A stretch of DNA of 60,976 bases, the filler included, from Dirinaria sp. TL-2023a (taxonomy: Eukaryota): the NCBI GenBank assembly GCA_051941275.1. It is 7 parts of 7 records of this genome, joined end to end, with 100 filler letters (N's around TTAATTAATTAA, not from the genome) between each part and the next. Parts side by side here need not be neighbours in the genome. Positions count along the whole stretch, not along the records: positions 8,746 to 17,380 come from JAVEBF010001157.1; positions 17,481 to 26,110 come from JAVEBF010001158.1; positions 26,211 to 34,837 come from JAVEBF010001159.1; 4 more parts are not named here. The stretch is one strand, 5' to 3'. The notes beneath the pieces were generated by a model that worked only from the letters and a program-made list of their open reading frames with translations, did no database searches and was not told the origin of the DNA. Position 1 is the first letter of the stretch, and every line of letters begins with the position of its first letter. The position numbers and the translations under genes were made by a program. Shown here piece after piece: positions 13,101-26,302 of the stretch.

Positions 13101-14658
13101 CAAGTCCATCAATCGAGTAGCCATCCACTCGACAATTGCATTGGGATCTGGGACATGTGTGTAAATCGCCGCATCCGCCCAAGCAACGCTCGAGGGCTAG
13201 ATGCCAGCAGCATGGAACCGGAACACTGCGTCCAGCATGCATGCGTATCCCAATCAGGTTCTCTACCTCTGCTCTGGAGTGGGCATGTTGGCTGCACGAC
13301 CTCCCAGTGCATGCACCTCTGTTCTTTCTTATCTTGATGTTGAGGTAGTGTGGGTACTCGTAGACAGTCTCATAGTGCTCAGTACCCGATGGTAAACTCA
13401 GTCAAAATAACAAGACCATGCAAGCAGCCGAATTGCAAGCAAATACTTCGTACCGTTGAGCAAATGGTGCTGTAGTACCTGGTCGTTGCAACCATCGACC
13501 CTTCGGATTGGTTCCTAATACATCCTTCTACATTCTCATGATCAGCTGATCCTAGTGGGAGTCTAGAAGCAGCTCCACTACCAGCCTCTACGGCGGATAG
13601 CATAACGATTTCTATGTCGAGGAGGCAGTCTTAGCGACAAGCTGGCCATAGGATATTTCTTCTTCAAATAGAAGCTTCTGTTTGGTCACAGCCTGCTGTT
13701 CATAAAGTATGCACGCGCGACAAACAGCAGGATGCTGCGGACATCGACGCTTACCGAGTTCTAGCCTGCTTCTAGCGTAGCTTTGAGAGCTTCTAGCGGA
13801 TTTCTTCTTCGGTCGGAAAACGGTGAGGTGGGGATGGTATCATGGTAGAGCGAATGGCGGCTGGTCGCATGTAGCATGTCTGACGTGGGGGCCCAATCAT
13901 CCTTCAACCCGCTGAAAATGTCTTGGAACTTCCTTCCATTATTGAAGCTCGCCAATCCATTGCGTATCCGTGACATCAACGTATCAAACTGCTCTGATCG
14001 CAGAGGCTCGTTTCGAGGCTGGCATCATGCGCGGTCACCTGCTCGCATGCAGCCCACTACCAGTAGGACCACCTGTCATTGAACCAGAGAAGCATGGCAT
14101 CGCCTTAAGCTTTTCCACCTTTTCACACGCTGGAAGACTGGTCTCGATCCTGAGACATCACTTCGTAGTTCTCTACCCGGAGGCAGCGGTTTCGGCAGCA
14201 TGCGACTCCCGCGTCGTCAAGATCCAGAGGTTAGCGGATCAGTCACTCACCACCTACTTTCATCGATTTGTCTTGTGCCCTATACACCCTCCAATTGCGC
14301 TCTTTCGTCTCCACACCTAACACCGCCGGTGGCTTGTCGACCCCAGTACCTCATCATGTGGTTGGCTCGATGCCTCAATTCCTCTCCACTTTACCCCATA
14401 TGGATTATCCTCTGTCTTCCCCAGACGTCAGGCTCTGAGACACAGGATATCGAATATATAAGACAAGTCTTGCCCTCTCCTTGTTTCGTCTTCATCTCAA
14501 GCAGCCTTCAGCATCTTAAAAGGATCCAGTAGGAGTCCTTCTTATTCTTTCACTAGCACCCTGCAATTCTTTCATTACACTGTGCGGAGCAAGACAATTG
14601 TGAACCCTTCATTACCAATACCCTATTCATTCTTCAGCCCCACTGGGCAGATAACGCC

Positions 14659-16426
14659 ATGGATAGAATCCCAAGCTATCATGTCGTCCACAAGCTGCAG
14701 AAGCGTAGCCTCCTGATTGCAATCAATTGCATTGCAGCCTTGTCCATTTTCTTCTTCGGTTACGATCAAGGTATGATGGGCGGTGTGAACAACGCCGCCG
14801 ATTACTACCACAATACCATGAAATTCGGCCACACAGGCCCTGATGGATCACCGGTCATTGATGACACCCTGCTTCAGGGAGGAATCGTAAGGACTTAAGA
14901 GCCCTCACACTTGCTCTACTAAACATTTACAGGTCTCAATCTATTACGTCGGAACTCTGGTCGGCTGTCTCGTTGGAGGTTGGTTCGGTGACAAGTATGG
15001 TCGCATCAAGTCCATCGCTCTCGGCGCTGGCTGGGCTGTCATCGGCGCATCTCTACAGACTTCGGCACAAAATTCGACCTGGATGATTTTTGCTCGTCTG
15101 ATTAACGGCTGGGGAACTGGTATTCTGAACGCCATTGTTCCCGTCTGGGCCACTGAGACCGCTGAGCACACCTCCCGAGGTCAATTCGTCGCCATTGAGT
15201 TCACTCTCAACATCTTCGGTGTCGTCGTTGCCTACTGGCTTGAATACGGCTGCTCCTTCTACATGAACGGAGAATCATCCTTCGTTTGGCGCTTCCCGAT
15301 TGCTTTCCAGATCATCCCGCTGCTGTTCCTCTTCGGCATTGTGTGGATCTTCCCTGAGTCCCCACGTTGGCTTACCAAGGTCGGTCGTGAGGAGGAAGCC
15401 CGCTATGTTCTCGGTCGTCTCCGTGGTGAAACTGGGGAGGACCTTGGCAAGGCTGAAGCCGAATTCCAGGACATTCGGAACATATGCGAGCTAGAGCGCA
15501 AGACTGCCACCCGTCAATCCTACATCTCTATGCTCTTCGGTATCGGCTCAGGCAAGCTTCACACTGGCCGTCGTGTTCAGCTCGTCATCTGGCTCCAGAT
15601 CATGCAAGAGTGGATCGGTATCGCTGGTGTCACGATCTACGCTCCAACCATCTTCCGTACTGCTGGTATCAGCAATACTGATGTTGCATGGATCTCCGGT
15701 CTCAACACCATCACCTACATGATTTCTACCCTGGTTTGTGTCTTCACCCTCGACCGCATCGGCCGTCGCTGGACTCTTTACTGGGGCTCCGTTGTCCAAG
15801 GTATCTCGCTGCTCCTCGCCGGTGTCTTCTCTCATCTTGGGCAACAGCACCCACTGGGCTCTCCTCAGGCAAAGTCCCTCTCATCAGGCGCTGTCGCCAT
15901 GATCTTCCTCTTCACAGCCACCTTCGGTGCCACCTGGCTCACCGTCCCATGGCTATACCCCGCTGAGATCTTCCCCCTCGAGGTCCGCGCCAAGGGCAAT
16001 GCTTGGGGTGTTGTCGGTTGGTCTATGGGCAATGGCTGGCTCACCCTGCTCTGCCCTGTCATGTTCAAGGCTCTTAACGAAAAGACCTACTACATCTTCG
16101 CTGCTGCCAACGCTCTCACTTTACCCATGGTGTGGGCTCTGTACCCCGAATCCAACCAACGCACTCTTGAGGAGATGAACCTTCTCTTCGCTGCCGACAG
16201 TATTTGGAACTGGGAGGCCGAGAGGAACTTCAAGATTCTCAAGGAGCAGAACCCCGAACTCGTCCAGGCAGCTCAACGCGGCACTTCAGTCCTCGACCCT
16301 GAGACTGGTCTTCCACGACAAAACAGCGTTGCCCGCGGTATGAGCTTGGATGCCAATGCCTTCTCTCAGCGCCGCATGGAGCATGACGATGTCTATGAGG
16401 AAAAGCAGGCTTTCAAGCACGGCTAA
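14659..16426 (+). CDS. MFS sugar porter (hexose/polyol:H+ symporter family, STL1-like)
   Basis: FFFGYDQGMMGG, GDKYGRIKS, WATETAEHTSRG, PESPRWL, DRIGRR, YPAEIFPLEVRAKG, PESNQRTLEEM. One intron at 14887-14932. Confidence 0.95.
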
Positions 16427-17295
16427 ATGGTGATGGATATCGCATCCTCCAACAACCACAAACTCCTACTCGGTTTTAGTCACGATGTGCATGCCTATAG
16501 ATTTCTGGTTCTTAGCTAGAGCAGCGCGGTGTTCTGCTGGATCGGTGGATTGTGGACGCTGAACTAGTTTTCTGCATTGTTCATAGATGTTTTCCTCGCT
16601 CTGTTCTCTGTTTATAGCATGCATAAAAATTTTGGACCATATCACAATCCCACCCTGTGTTGGCAGCATTGTCGTGATAAAAATAGTCTCATGAGCTGTG
16701 AGTCTTCATGCGCATTACCACTCATCCAGATGTCTGTATGTTCATATGCGCAGCAATTGCATCAATGCTTTTGACACTCTAGGCGTCAGCATATAGCCAA
16801 GCTAGGCACTGTGTGTGATGTATGCTTCGCCACCACGAATAATTCAATGCATGTGAAACAGGCCCTCATAGGAAATCATAGAAAGGAGACTTATTTATTA
16901 ACTCAGAAATTGCCTTTGAACATCTCTATGCAAAGACGGTTCAGCATCGTTGCATCGGTATTGATCTTCTCCCTCCTGCCAAGCAAAGCCCACCCGCAAC
17001 CGGAACCGAGGGACCCTGAATCATGTACCTTAAGTAGCTGCCTTGCAGCGGCCCGAAGTGCCCGAACCACCAAAACGTCCAACCCGCAAGGTAGACACAT
17101 TTTCTCCGAACATCAGGATTATCTGTCTTCAATACCTGCGTAACAAAATCGACCCATTGAAAAGAAGAGCAAGACCCTCCTCCTTCATTTCCTTCTCAAA
17201 AGCTTTCTCCTCTTCTATCACAAGAAAAAACCGCCTTGAAATTGTTCAATTGACCCCACGAATACCAAAAAACAAATCGAATTATAAAAAAAAGG

Positions 17296-17380
17296 ATGGC
17301 CGAAGCAGGAAGCATCTACCCCCCGCTCGCGGACCGGCCGATCAAGAACACAATCTGTCTCTTCGACGTCGATGGCACGT
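17296..17380 (+). CDS. SEC53: Phosphomannomutase, N-terminal fragment cut by the contig end (not in the ORF track)
   Basis: ATG 17296 reads MAEAGSIYPPLADRPIKNTICLFDVDGT. This is HAD motif I (FDVDGT) with the typical fungal PMM leader. Confidence 0.85.
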
Positions 17381-17480
17381 NNNNNNNNNNNNNNNNNNNN
17401 NNNNNNNNNNNNNNNNNNNNNNNNTTAATTAATTAANNNNNNNNNNNNNNNNNNNNNNNNNNNNNNNNNNNNNNNNNNNN
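17381..17480. other. Artificial contig linker
   Basis: N44-TTAATTAATTAA-N44. Confidence 0.99.
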
Positions 17481-17828
17481 GGGTGTGGATGGGGCGTGGA
17501 GGGCGAAAGAGGAGTGAAAAAGAAGGGCGGATTTTTTTTCCAACGATGGCGGTTTCATGGGGTAGGCCACATTCATAGCAATGGGAGCATTTTTTGTATC
17601 TGGTCCGGCCATGTGCCAGAGAAGGTGTCTATGCTGGGCTTGCGGATCAAACCCAGCCGAGCTTTGGGACTGGAAGAATTATTATCGGGAAAGCCGTAAG
17701 GACTACGAAGAAGAACTCCAGTACTTTTGATGTCGAATCGTAAATGCCGACACCGAGCCAAAGCCGCTGCAATATTGGTATCTAAATCCGCCTCGCCCTT
17801 CAAAACGCCTCCTGCCGATGAACCATCG

Positions 17829-19745
17829 TTATGAGCTTGCCCTGTCCCTTCGCTGACTCCACCTTTCTCCTTCACCGCTCCTGCCCTTGCTACTTCGACC
17901 TCGTTCCCTTTTCCTATTACTGGATCCTGTTGCTGACCTCGGCGTCGGATGATCTTCAGCCGGCAATTCATAGATTTCTGCTTGCCCGCCTCCGTCCATC
18001 TCCGGTAGTCCACTACCCTCCATCTCCACTCCGCCTCTTGTACCTTCCATTTCCACACCCCCATGAGACCCTGGAGCCTCTGCTCTTGGAGCAGGGCTAC
18101 CCTCCATCTCGGCCCCTTTCCGCTTTCCCGGACCATAGTATTCCTCGTCTCCTGTCAATTCATTTGGAAGCTTGGACTCGCCCGTCAGTTCTCCTGGTTT
18201 TTCGGGAGACGTGTCTGCTATCTCAGCTTGCGGATCGGACTGGCTACCATCGGGCTTGTTGTAGCCTCTTCTCTTTTTACGGAAGAACCAATATAGTCCA
18301 GCGCCAAGAATGAGCAGACATATAACAACAGCGGCGACTGCTATGCCCGCTGTAGCGCCTGTGGAAAGCTTGTGAGGGTTTTGATTTCCAGAGCGTTGTG
18401 GAGTGCTAGCGTTGACGGAAAGGATAGAAGTGATGTTTTGGGAAGCATTTGCTTCCCAAAGTGCTGGCTGGACTTTGAAAGTAGAGCGTTCGTAGTCAAC
18501 AGTCAGGAATCTGCGAGAGACCTATCAGCATTGAGTAAGTGCAAGAGTTTTTGACGTACGATTCCTGCAGGAAAGTCCTGCCAAGAGTATATTGGGTATC
18601 ATTTGCTGCGCGGCGAAGAGGGAAGTAGTATTGCGAAGAGTTTACAATTGGATACTCGACTCTTAGGTCAAAAGCCGCGTAAGGGAAAGTGATAGTGACG
18701 GTGGATCCGCCCTGCAGCTGGTTGGCTATGATGAAAGATACATTGGCATTCTGCTTGGTTAAAGTATCATGGAGCGTGTTGTTGACAAGATACAGTTCGG
18801 TTTTATTATCGTACGTAATGCCAAACGCATCTTCAAAGGCTTTACAAGCATCTATGGGCAGCCAGATATGAGGGATGGTTGAGTCGATAAAGGTTAATAT
18901 GCTACCAGACGGAAGCAGTTCTTTATTCTGGGTTTGGGCGTCGGAGAATTGAATTGACTGGAGACCTACGACTAAGTCTCTGGATATGTCGCTGGCAAAA
19001 CTGAATTCTACATCATTTGGTGTGAATCTTGAAGAGTCGTAACCACCTAGTGTTAGACTTGCAACTGCCTTTTTTAAGCCTATCTCCCATCAGCATTCCC
19101 CGGTCGTAACAAGTTCCTTCGCTGGACCTACGATATTGTGCTCCAGCATTATACCCATATGAAAGACTGGGAATCTGATTTGAAGTCTTCAGGCTGGAAA
19201 GGTAGCTCGGAGATGGATTATCCAAGTTCGTGAGATTGACAGGCCGTGGAGTCAATCCTAGGTTGCCGAGATAGAAATCCTTGGTGGCGATCGATGCAAT
19301 GACTTGGTGTGGCAATGTAGTAGCATTACTACCTGATCCCGGATATCCTAAGCCCAAGGTATCGAATCCATATTCCCCATCATCGTAGTTTGACGTGTAT
19401 GGCAGGTTCATTTCTACCCCAAGAGCGAAGTAACCGTGATCTTGCCAGGTCGAAGAAGCATTGACATTGAAGATGTTGCCTCGAGAATCCGCACAGTTGG
19501 TAGGATCCGTTGTAAGGCAACCTTGGTTGGACACAATCCATGTTTCTGGGACGGTGGTGGAAGCAAGGACTCTCAGAACTTGAGCTGGAGTTCCAACACG
19601 AATCACGAAGCTTGACCACGGCCCATCGTTACCGTCCCTGCGCTACATGAGCCTGTCGTCTCGAACGATAGGAAAAGCGGGAGACACTGGCTAGCTTGGA
19701 CACATACCATGCTTGGCTCGGTTCCACTGTAATAGGCTTCGCCAT
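17829..19745 (-). CDS. Pepsin-like (A1) aspartic-protease-fold protein with C-terminal transmembrane helix and cytoplasmic tail
   Basis: PITVEPSQAW|DGNDGPWSSFVIRVGTPAQ, GEYGFDTLGLG, IPSLSYGYNAGAQY, LTLGGYDSSRF, FIDSTIPHIWLP. A hydrophobic segment GIAVAAVVICLLILGAGLYWFF is followed by EMEG repeats. Start codon uncertain. Confidence 0.85.
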
Positions 19746-20750
19746 AAATCATCAGGAAAGCAAGCATCCACACCGTCGCCAAGGAATCACGCAGCGGCAC
19801 AGAAGGAAGCGAAAGACATCAGGCATGAAACGAATGACAGTGCATGCAGCGAGTAAAAGAGAGAGAGAGAGAGTACTGGAGTGTCACAAGTGGGAGATGA
19901 GATGGAGAGGAAGCACAACATGTTAGAAGCACGTCAAATGATCGGCCTTTGTGCGGCTGGACTTGGTGAAGACCTATCAACGATAAGAAGAGATTATTAA
20001 TATTGTACAAGTGGACTAAAATCAGCCCTTATGCATGTGTCCCCAGCGACGGGGTAAAGGAGATACGGTAGTAACGGTACCTTCAGGCAAGGATCCAATC
20101 GCTCTCAGCTTCCTAGCACAGCCAATCACTTCTGAAGTCCCACTACTGAGGGATTGTGAAACGTTCGGTTGGCGGAGCCAGTCTGCGGCGCGTACTTGTG
20201 TGTACCGCGTTCTAAAGATGGACTGCGGGCTCGCGGCACATCCGGATTAGAGTTTTGCCGGACTCCCATCCTTTCGCTCTCGTATCAAGAAGCGCTGCCT
20301 CGATGATGCGTGAGAGACATGTAGCCGAGTCTCGAATCTCCATGGAATCAAGTACAATAGTTAATGAGACTGGCTTCGAGTCAAAACCCTTGTGCTTGCT
20401 CATCTCAGTTGCGTCGCTTGCTGATCACGAGTGTACATAATTAGGCTGCTTGAATGCAAAGGTGGTACTCGTAGCGACTTGTGGAGCAGCGATGATGAAG
20501 GGAAAAGCCAATCTTGGGATTGAAGTTGACATGTTAGAATCTGCAGTGTTATTCGGGAGGAACTTCACTTGTGGGCAAGCTCCTGAAACATGTACATCTC
20601 AAAAGACAAGGACTATCTACCGCCCTGAAGCATGCTCGAACCAAGTATCATCATCATAATGCCACTTCTACGTGCGCCAATGCACGCTCCACATGCAAAA
20701 ATCATCAATTGTAAAGGGTCTGAACGGAAGGTGCCATTCGCCAGGTCCCT

Positions 20751-21366
20751 TTATCCACTCTTGCCCTTGGCGTACTTCCTTGTCCATTCCTTCGCAGTCT
20801 TCGTAAACGCCTTCTTGTCGTTCTTGAGTTCGTTTGCAATGTTTGCCGATACCGGGTCGTCAAGGACAGGATCTTGCAGGATCTGTTGAACAAAAACTAG
20901 CACCGTGCTGAGTTTTGAATTCGGTTTCCATTGGTCGGGGCGAAGTAAGCCCAAGCACATGCCGCCCGAGCCGTCATCGGCGACATTGGGGTGGTAGATC
21001 TTGGTTTTGAAGTTCAGGACCGGAGGCTTGAAAGGGTAATCGTTTGGAATGTTCAGTTGGAGGTTGAATACGCCGCCCTGTGAGGAATTGTCAGTGCTGG
21101 TAACCACAAAGAGACGACGCGCGAACGCATCTTGCTGTGACTTTGGGATAGGTGAGGACTGACAGCATAGGGCGTGTTCTCGGGACCGTCAATCAGAACC
21201 TGCCATTTGAAGATGTCTGATTCAGCGACCAGCGAGACATTCATACCGGCCAGGGGATTCTGCTTCAAATCGGCTAGTTCCTGAAGAAGCTGTGAGCGTC
21301 CGTCATGGCTGCAAACTCGGTAAAGCCTACCTTGCCTAGACGCTTCTGTGCACCACTTGAAGCCAT
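20751..21366 (-). CDS. Ubiquitin-conjugating enzyme E2, three exons
   Basis: KRLGK|ELADL, WQVLIDGPENTPY, YPFKPP, KIYHPNV..GGMCLGLL (HPN motif and catalytic Cys), WKP, EWTRKYA. Confidence 0.95.
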
Positions 21367-22205
21367 GGCTGTGTGTATGTGTTGGGAATATTTCTGGGAC
21401 TTGGAAAGGAAAGGAGGATTGCCTTGATGTAGTAAATAGTTTGGGTGTGGTATTGGTGGTAGTAGTCGGTTTGTGAGGAGTGCTTTTCTATCTTGCGGAG
21501 AGTAGAAGAGGCAAGGTACTGAAGAACTGCAGCGCTTTAAGTAGGTAGAAAAATTGGCTTTCAGTCATTGTCTCTGGTAAACGCCGGTGTCACACATCGG
21601 CAGTCTGATTCAGTAGAGTAGTGACCTCAATCAGGCACGCGGCTCTTCACGGATGAGACATACGTCACAAGCGGTATTTCTGAGTACTTGACTGCACATT
21701 CGAATTCTGGAGACTTCTTTATCGTGATGTCTACTTTCAATCTTCATGGTTTGGCTTATGACTTATTGCGCATCTAAATGTAACAGCCATCGAGACTCAG
21801 TTGAAATTGACGAGGATTCACGACTTCACGACTTCATGTCGATCTGGCTTCGCTACAGCTACAACAGTAGATCATGGCTCATCCGCTATTATTCATGTAT
21901 CATATTTGTTGCAAGCGACATGTTCGAAGAAAGTCTTGTGCGGTGCTATGATTACATTGTCACGAACGCGTTCTCCCTTCAAACTGCCACAAGCCTTTTC
22001 CCAGTCGAGCAGGGGTCGCATTCATCATGTAACAAACCAAGTTTCCCCCCTGGAATGCTGGCCTCGCGGACATTGTCCGATGAAAGTGCCCTCCAAAGAT
22101 TGGTCATCGAAAGGTCCAATGGTAAAGTCGCTGTTGGCTGGGAGAGTAGCGGAGTGTCAAGAGCTGCGGGAGAACGAAAAGAATTCACAACCGGGCCAAA
22201 AATTT

Positions 22206-22789
22206 CTATTCTCGTTGTAGAACTACCATGACACCCATAAGGCCCAACAGCACCGTCTTCAGCCACGGATGCTCGGACAATAATATCGTAACGTAGCCCA
22301 CAAACGGGATATAGCCCACCACACTGCCGATTATATCTGTTGATCTATCAAGGTAGCCTTGACCCTTGGCATACAACGCGGTGTCGTCGGAAGGATTATT
22401 GTCGCCTTTCGTCAAAAGCTTCAATGGCTGCTCCCTGCGCCTCGATTAGTTAAACCATGAGGTAATGAATCAAGGACTCAAAAGTTGCTATGGACTCACC
22501 CCCCACCGTACCTCCTAACGACCCTGTGAACGATGGGGATATCTTTTCCCTTAACATTGTACACGACTATCTCTCCAATCTGGGTATCCATGCCTCTGTT
22601 CCACAAGAACAGCAGATCTCCTCTTTGAAAAGCCGGCTCCATGCTACCTGACAAGACCACCACGATCGGCGAAGGGGAGTCTGTGGCTACCGAAAGGCCC
22701 TTCCACAACATGAATGCGGTGGAGAGAACAAGAGCGAAATTGAGCACCTGTGTGAGGGCTTGTCGCGGCTGGCCAAAGGTTGACAGCAT
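22206..22789 (-). CDS. SEC11: Signal peptidase complex catalytic subunit, two exons
   Basis: [56 protein letters not shown]-terminal VLQRE. Confidence 0.97.
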
Positions 22790-23690
22790 ACTGGCGACAG
22801 GAAGGTAACGCCGGAAGGGACACCGATAGACGAAGAGCCACAAAACAAAATGGAGTTAAAGTGGCGTCAGGTTGCAATAACTGCTAGCCGTCAATTGCGA
22901 ATTAGGTACCTTAGTTACTACTAACTGTGAAGGGGGTCAACATTAATATTCCGTAGATTTAAGCAACATGGAAGACAAATCCGAGGGACCCTGTCAGGCT
23001 ATCACCCCGGAGTCCCGGACCTTGCCTCTCGTGCCCGCCCAGAGCAGGCCAGCTTGGCGCGCGCACCAATTGAGTCCAGGTCGCGAACCAGAAAAAACAG
23101 GCTCGACAGGGCAAGCTGCCTTGCTGCGGAATAAGTAAAGGTGCTATTAATTCTCCCAGCATCCGTCAAATATTAATTATTGCCTCTGAAATTTATTCGC
23201 TTTCAGCATATGTGATACTACTGGTGGATAATAGCTTTGGGTATTTATTAGGATGGGCCTGCCTATATCGGCCTGCTACCGTCGATGGCATGTACATGGT
23301 GCGACTCCTTCGTTCACAATCTTTCTCGTCGAGGGATGAGGCAAGCTGTTGTTCTTCTTTCAACGATGATCTGACGGGCGACAAGATGCATGAACCGAGC
23401 TTAGAGGGTTTGCCCTGGACGAGTCAAATTCGATTAAACTAAAGTCGACGATAATTCGAAGAGCGTTTAAAAGATCCGAGTCCAATGGGCGAGCCGCTTA
23501 TTGCCAAAGCGCGGACACGTCAATCTGCATCGCATCAAGGAGCCGCACCAGATCATCTGAAAATTTTACGCGTTCTACCAGATGTCATCTTCGTCTTTCC
23601 GCCGTCTCCGCTCGTTCATGCCATCGAGGATCATGCTGCGAAGCTGCTCCAAGCTCTGCCGCCGATTGTCAAGAGGCTGCTGTGGTCGCG

Positions 23691-25707
23691 ATGGCAATGC
23701 ACGATTTTATCATCGCGAGGGCCGAGTTGGCACAAGACGTCGCTGCTGCCCTCGACAATTTTCTCACTCCGGTGTCAGACTACGCGACTGAGATTACTGC
23801 GTTGATCGGTGAATGTTATGGTCTCAGCTCTGCTCTTCGAGAACTTAATACGTGCTATTCGGACTTGCACTTCCATAATAATTACGACCAAGTCTCGACT
23901 GATATTCGCGTTACATTGGAAAGCATCAGTTACACATTCGACGATGTCAATGATCTGCTGACTGGATTGGGGAGTACGGTCCATTTGTCACGGACCGCAG
24001 CGTACCGTGCTGTCTGGGACAATATAATCGTGCATTTCGAGCGGCAGAGCAATAATTCATTAGGCAGACGAATTGGAATTTATCGCAAATTCCTTGGGGC
24101 TGTCATCTGCCTGATCGAAGGGTGGGCATCTCCTACTCCACAGTGCTATAGCCAAGAATCCAATTGACGGCATTGCTTTAGGGATTTGTGGAATGTGGAC
24201 GAGTATAATGAGTGGCGCTACCGGGTGGATTATCTATACAGAATCCAGGATAATAGGCTTGCGCTTGAAATGAACAACTTAGCACTTGGGGCTCCAGGTT
24301 CGACAAATCGACGTGCCTTCAACAGAGCTGATCACGCAGCTGATGATAGACAGGCGTTAACAGGCAGGGACCGTTCGAGAGAAGAAGGCCGCCTGCCCAT
24401 CGGCCTCCTTTACCGCCTTCGCCACCTGTTTTCCGGCATGAATGGGTTCCACGGGCATCACCACTGTCGCCGTTATCCCCAGGTTTTGATCAAGGAGGCT
24501 TTTGGTCTCCCAACGGTCCTAGCTCACCAATCACAACCAGTACTTCTTCAACGACTCAGTCGTCGAGGGCAAGCTTCGCTACCACGCACTGGGTGCCTAG
24601 ACTGTTTGACCAATATCGGCCTGCATCGCCATTTCGAAGAATTGGCCAGGTGTCCGTCGCTCGAGTGAATATACGGAACACTATCTAATCTAGTCGCAGG
24701 TCGGCGTGCTTTGATGAAGACATGCGGGGCGCTGGTTCTAGGCTTTCGCAAGAGTATGAGAAGCTGATGGAATTGTAAGTATTCTCCCGAATGCCAGGCG
24801 GATATTGGGAGCTCATAAACTAGACCTTTCGAAGAAGGTGATCTCCTTGTACGAATTTACCTCCGGTCATCAGACGAACGGGCACGAGTATACTGTCGGA
24901 GCCAACGTGGAACACAGCCACGCAAGGAAAGCTGCCTTCCTTTGACATCTTTGCGTATCCAGAGACGTGATTCATGCTTAGAGCTTCGAAAAATGAGCCA
25001 ATCTGGCCTTCCAACCGACGTCTGGGCCAGATTGAGGTTTACAAGCCTCGAGCGTAAGGCTCAATGCTGCTGCCTTTGGTGACGCTTTCGAAGCTTATAC
25101 GTATTCAGGCTTGGTCCTTTTCCACTGTACTTTCTTGGCTTTGAAAGCCGAAGACACCGAGAACCGGTCTCGTGGGACCGTTGACGACCTCATCCATGGG
25201 GAAAGAGAACACTTTGCCCAGTAAGACTTTGCTGACGCTCCGTCTCTCAACATCTCTAACTTGTTCTAGCTATATCGTCGATGACCAATATGAACATGTT
25301 CTGAGGCTGTTCAAGGACAGAGATTCCGGCGCGGTGCGGTTGCAAGCCTCTGTGCGCAGCGGCGACCTCAGAAAGTGCGGCCGACGCCATTCTACGAAGA
25401 TCAACGTAGCCTGACCAGTGTAGGACTCCCGTCTGGACCGCTTTCATCACCCATCAGATGGCATCACGGGATTGGATGTGGCAACCACGAAGCAACCCCA
25501 AAACCGTTTACCTTGCCGAGTTGCAGCCGTTCGTTTTCACCAGCGAGTACAACCCACCGCGTGGCCCTGACGGTGCCCACGAGCTGAGGTTTCGCAGCTC
25601 AGGATGTGCGTTCATGCCATGCAGTCGAGTCATCCTGGACTGACCATAAACTAGACGCTGCAGATTTCATGGATGCTGTCAGGGGGCTTGCTCGCCATCA
25701 ATCCTGA
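23691..25707 (+). CDS. Conserved-looking fungal hypothetical protein, many exons; helical N-terminal domain, Pro-rich linker, beta-rich C-terminus
   Basis: Exon 1 reads MAMHDFIIARAELAQDVAAALDNF..ITALIGECYGLSSALREL. Later exons include LVLFHCTFLALK, IVDDQYEHVLRLFKDRDSGAVRLQASV and TPVWTAFITHQ, separated by GT..AG introns. Exact boundaries approximate. Confidence 0.7.
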
Positions 25708-26110
25708 GAGAGTAGTCTATTCCGACACGACTGTAACGGTTTCACGATACGACGACTTGACGATCACATGTGCGCGATACCCAGCTCATTCAATTTTTGG
25801 TCGGTTTCCTATTTCCTCTATTTGGCATAATCATCTTGCAGTCTTTCATAGGAACCGACACGTTTACGCGGATAGTTGACCACTGTCCGAGGAGGTGCCG
25901 ATGGTTTTGATAGCATGGCGTTTTCCAGTGGGGGACGAAGTGCGGTGAGTTGTGGTAATCTTTAAGGTACCTTACTTTGAGGTACCTAGCCGGGCTAGCC
26001 TGCCTTCCTGCCAATGCTTACCAGTTACCTTACTTTATACTTGGCGTTTGCGCGGGCAGTGTACGGAGTCAGGGGACGGGGGGGAAGGGAGTACTCGGAA
26101 GGTAATAAGG

Positions 26111-26210
26111 NNNNNNNNNNNNNNNNNNNNNNNNNNNNNNNNNNNNNNNNNNNNTTAATTAATTAANNNNNNNNNNNNNNNNNNNNNNNNNNNNNNNNNN
26201 NNNNNNNNNN
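26111..26210. other. Artificial contig linker
   Basis: N44-TTAATTAATTAA-N44. Confidence 0.99.
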
Positions 26211-26302
26211 GCTAGGAGATGGTATTCACTGACTAGTCCGCCTCAGCTTCGCTTTGTAGCACCAAGGGTCTACATAATCCTGTAAAGAAAGGTCGTCATC
26301 CC

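Noticed and set aside
17573..18136. 187-aa - strand ORF as the protease C-terminus
   Set aside because: The frame continuing from the transmembrane segment is the one with EMEG repeats that ends at 17829.
21746..22231. 161-aa + strand ORF between the E2 gene and SEC11
   Set aside because: No recognisable motif; it overlaps the SEC11 3' end on the antisense strand.
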